Shown: piece by piece, positions 61,719-64,000 of the stretch
Layout of the letters: each line of letters starts with the position of its first letter
Numbering within the stretch: position 1 is the stretch's first letter
Assembly: GCA_009838965.1 (NCBI GenBank)
Contig: VXQP01000081.1
Location: 7,854 to 71,853, forward strand
Direction: 5' to 3'
Source of the DNA: Chloroflexota bacterium
GTDB lineage: Bacteria > Chloroflexota > Dehalococcoidia > Lucifugimonadales > Australimonadaceae
DNA length: 64,000 nucleotides
Translations under genes and position numbers: made by a program
The notes under the pieces: generated by a model
What the model was told of the DNA's origin: nothing
The model's input: only the letters and a program-made list of their open reading frames with translations
The model's database searches: none

Positions 61719-64000
61719 ATGCAAGGACTGATCGCAAGCCCCAAGCTGCCACTATCCAGCGGCCCGGCACGTCAAGCCAGTCTCCTGCTTCTACTGTTGG
61801 CAGCGTTGGCAGGCTTCTTCCTGTTGCTCGAGTTCGTCGTCGCCTTGGTGTCCACGGGACCCAGGGACATACTGGCCGCCACATCCTCGCAGGAGAGGAC
61901 GTTCGGCGTACCCAACGGTGTCGGACTGATCGAGTTTCTGGTACTGCCCGTGTCCATCGTCCTCGCATCGGCCGCGCTGGTTGTATCCGTCGGTTGGCCG
62001 CTGCGGAGGGCTTCCCTCCGGCCATCGTGGTTGCTCGCGCTGGGGGCGCTGACTGCGGCAGTCCTGATCGCGGCCGGAGCGTACCTAGCCTTCTCGGGGA
62101 TGCTGGGCAGCGCGGTCTCCTACGACGAGCACATGGTGCAACGCACTTACCTGGAGTCGGAGAGCCTGGTCCTCCTGGCAGCATTCTTCCTGTCTGTCAC
62201 GATCGCGGGGATACTCAACTGGAGGCTGCTGGCGGTGTCTCTCGTGGTCTGGCTGGCCGCCGCGGGCGTCTTCGGCTTCCTGGACACCAAACCCATCGAC
62301 GGGCTGCTCCTGTTCCCCAGGACACAGTTCCTGGAGGTGCCCCCCAGCTTCGCGGCGGTCGTGAAGGGCTTCCGGCAGACGGAGGAAGTGTCGACCGGAC
62401 AGCCTGCGGGGTCAGCAACCACCGCTGCGAGCGCACCCTCGGACACGTCCCTGCTGTCAGAAGTCACCGCGCTGCAGCTCCTTCCGCCGAGCAACGGTCC
62501 TGTGTTCCAGGTGACGGGCTCGGTCCATACCAGGTATCTCAGGACGTCCACGGGCGACAGCTACAGTGACGGAACGTGGAGCCAGTTGGACCCGGCCACC
62601 GTCACCCTGGAGGAGAACACCCCTGTTCCTGATGCGCTGGGGCCGCTGGCCGGAGAGCTCCATCTGCCGACGGCGATTCCGCTTCACGAATTCGCCGACC
62701 ACATCGTGGTCTCGCCGATCGAAGGGGCAGACACTCTCGCGGCGGGCGTGCTCCCGGTAGCCAGGACCCTGCAGAGCGTCAGCACGTCCGCAACGTACTT
62801 CCCCTTCAGCGAAACCCTTGCCGTCGATAGTCGTGTGCCCGGCTACCAGATGGAGTCGACTCTTCCGCTGTTCGCGCTGGGACAGAAGTTCGAGGCGCAT
62901 CCGGTGGCGGACCGGACGTATCTGCAACTGCCGGATGGACTGTCCCCGCGTGTGTATGAGCTGGCCGAGCAGGTCGGCGGTGTCGTTTCCCCGTACCTGA
63001 AGGCACGCCTGCTCCAGATACACCTGCAGGAGGAGTATGCCTACGGAGTCGCAGGCACGGAAGAAGAGGTCCAGCCGCCTGCCGGCCAGGACCCGGTCGA
63101 CTGGTTCCTGTTCGACCGCCGCGTGGGCACCAGCGGGAACTTCAGCAGTGCGTTCGTGGTGCTCGCGCGGGCGGCGGGAATCCCGGCCAGGGCCGTGTCG
63201 GGTTGGGTCGTGGCGAGACAGGAGGAGACGCAGACGGTCCATCGAAACCAGACCCACCAGTGGGCGGAGATCGCCCTTGATGGCCTGGGCTGGGTGACAG
63301 TGGATCCCCTGCCCAGAGACGCCTTCACGGACGACGACGTGGACCACGCGCTGGTGACTGCGCTCGACGAGCTGGCCACCAGTTCGGCGCCGGAAGTGCG
63401 GGATGCGGTGGCCGGGTTGTGGAATGGACTGGACGACCCGGATGCGCTGCGCCTGCTGTTCAAGGAGATAGACATCGCCGAGGAAGCGAACGCCCGGCAA
63501 GCTGCGCAGACCGCAGTGGGCGTGCTGGCCCTTCACTGGCCCATCGGAATCCTGCTCGACCGTGAGGACCCCCTCATGCGGGCTTCGGCGGCCTACGGCC
63601 TAGGGGTACTGGCCGACACCGAGGCGCTGGACGCGTTGATACAGGCCCTGGCTTCGGATGAGGACGCCCGGGTCAGGTTGGAAGCGGTCGATGCGCTGGT
63701 CATCCTGGGGAAAGGCAGGGCTGAGGAGCCGTTGCTGCAGGCCCTGGAAGCGGACCCGGACACCACCGTCCGAGAGGCCGCGGCCCGGGCACTGGGCACT
63801 CTGAAGACCGAGTGGACGGCGGACAGGATGGTGCCTGTTCTCTCCTCCGACGCTGCCCCGGAGGTGCGCGCAGCAGTGGCGCTGGCCCTGGGCAAGATCA
63901 GGGAGAACGTAGCCCTGTTGCCGCTGCTCGACGCCCGGGCCGACGACGCATCGCCTGAGGTGAGGGCTGCCGCGAATGAAGCCTTGGATGAGTGGGACTA
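61719..64000 (+). CDS. Membrane-anchored transglutaminase-like protein (TgpA-like) with C-terminal HEAT repeats; 3' end outside the window
   Basis: The frame is open from ATG 61719 to the window edge; I translated 61680-62640 codon by codon and read the remainder in-frame by eye without seeing a stop. About five N-terminal TM helices. Core GTSGNFSSAFVVLARAAGIPARAVSGW...HQWAEI...VDP. HEAT-like repeats with VRxxAAxALG. Not in the ORF track because there is no stop. Confidence 0.75.
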   Translation, partial: MQGLIASPKLPLSSGPARQASLLLLLLAALAGFFLLLEFVVALVSTGPRDILAATSSQERTFGVPNGVGLIEFLVLPVSIVLASAALVVSVGWPLRRASLRPSWLLALGALTAAVLIAAGAYLAFSGMLGSAVSYDEHMVQRTYLESESLVLLAAFFLSVTIAGILNWRLLAVSLVVWLAAAGVFGFLDTKPIDGLLLFPRTQFLEVPPSFAAVVKGFRQTEEVSTGQPAGSATTAASAPSDTSLLSEVTALQLLPPSNGPVFQVTGSVHTRYLRTSTGDSYSDGTWSQLDPATVTLEENTPVPDALGPLAGELHLPTAIPLHEFADHIVVSPIEGADTLAAGVLPVARTLQSVSTSATYFPFSETLAVDSRVPGYQMESTLPLFALGQKFEAHPVADRTYLQLPDGLSPRVYELAEQVGGVVSPYLKARLLQIHLQEEYAYGVAGTEEEVQPPAGQDPVDWFLFDRRVGTSGNFSSAFVVLARAAGIPARAVSGWVVARQEETQTVHRNQTHQWAEIALDGLGWVTVDPLPRDAFTDDDVDHALVTALDELATSSAPEVRDAVAGLWNGLDDPDALRLLFKEIDIAEEANARQAAQTAVGVLALHWPIGILLDREDPLMRASAAYGLGVLADTEALDALIQALASDEDARVRLEAVDALVILGKGRAEEPLLQALEADPDTTVREAAARALGTLKTEWTADRMVPVLSSDAAPEVRAAVALALGKIRENVALLPLLDARADDASPEVRAAANEALDEWD

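Noticed and set aside
61643-62569. 308-aa plus-strand ORF from the supplied track
   Set aside because: It has an Arg/Gly-rich nonsense composition. It overlaps the convincing frame-0 ORF starting at 61719, which shows TM helices and a transglutaminase core.

Overview
GC-rich bacterial chromosome segment. About 59 protein genes and 2 tRNAs can be supported from the sequence.

Most of the window (about 5.6-61.4 kb) is a dense set of catabolic and transport paralogues:
- four Rieske oxygenase alpha subunits
- four amidohydrolase-2 genes and a D-aminoacylase-like gene
- two tandem bicupins
- a dihydroxyphthalate-decarboxylase-like gene
- a molybdenum hydroxylase large subunit, plus SDR, AKR, LLM and amidase genes
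- a TRAP transporter, two TctC-like lipoproteins, two EamA genes, an MFS gene and an ABC exporter pair

Housekeeping genes are interspersed: ruvB, a hemQ-hemE-hemY-hemH coproporphyrin-type heme operon, msrA, rimI, nth, argC, tRNA-Gln and tRNA-Glu. There are also two toxin-antitoxin pairs (vapBC, mazEF).

Gene content points to a monoderm-type, F420-using lineage. The evidence is the hemQ pathway, the LLM oxidoreductase, lipoproteins with Pro/Thr linkers, leaderless-type TAGAAT promoters and heavy paralogy. Chloroflexota of the SAR202 kind is my guess only.

The first 5 kb differs: it is visibly more A/T-rich and carries a tight trio of a HerA-like ATPase (interrupted by one in-frame TGA), a NurA-like nuclease with a zinc ribbon, and an orphan DNA methyltransferase. 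A repeat-rich non-coding boundary follows. This trio is my main candidate for an undescribed, methylation-gated defence module.

Other notable points:
- an internally duplicated two-domain DctP binding protein
- a terminator-delimited structured intergenic RNA candidate
- a Cys-to-Ser transglutaminase-like/HEAT membrane protein next to tRNA-Glu
- an asymmetric ABC heterodimer
- a REP-like element family

All calls rest on motif reading by eye. No database search or computation was possible.
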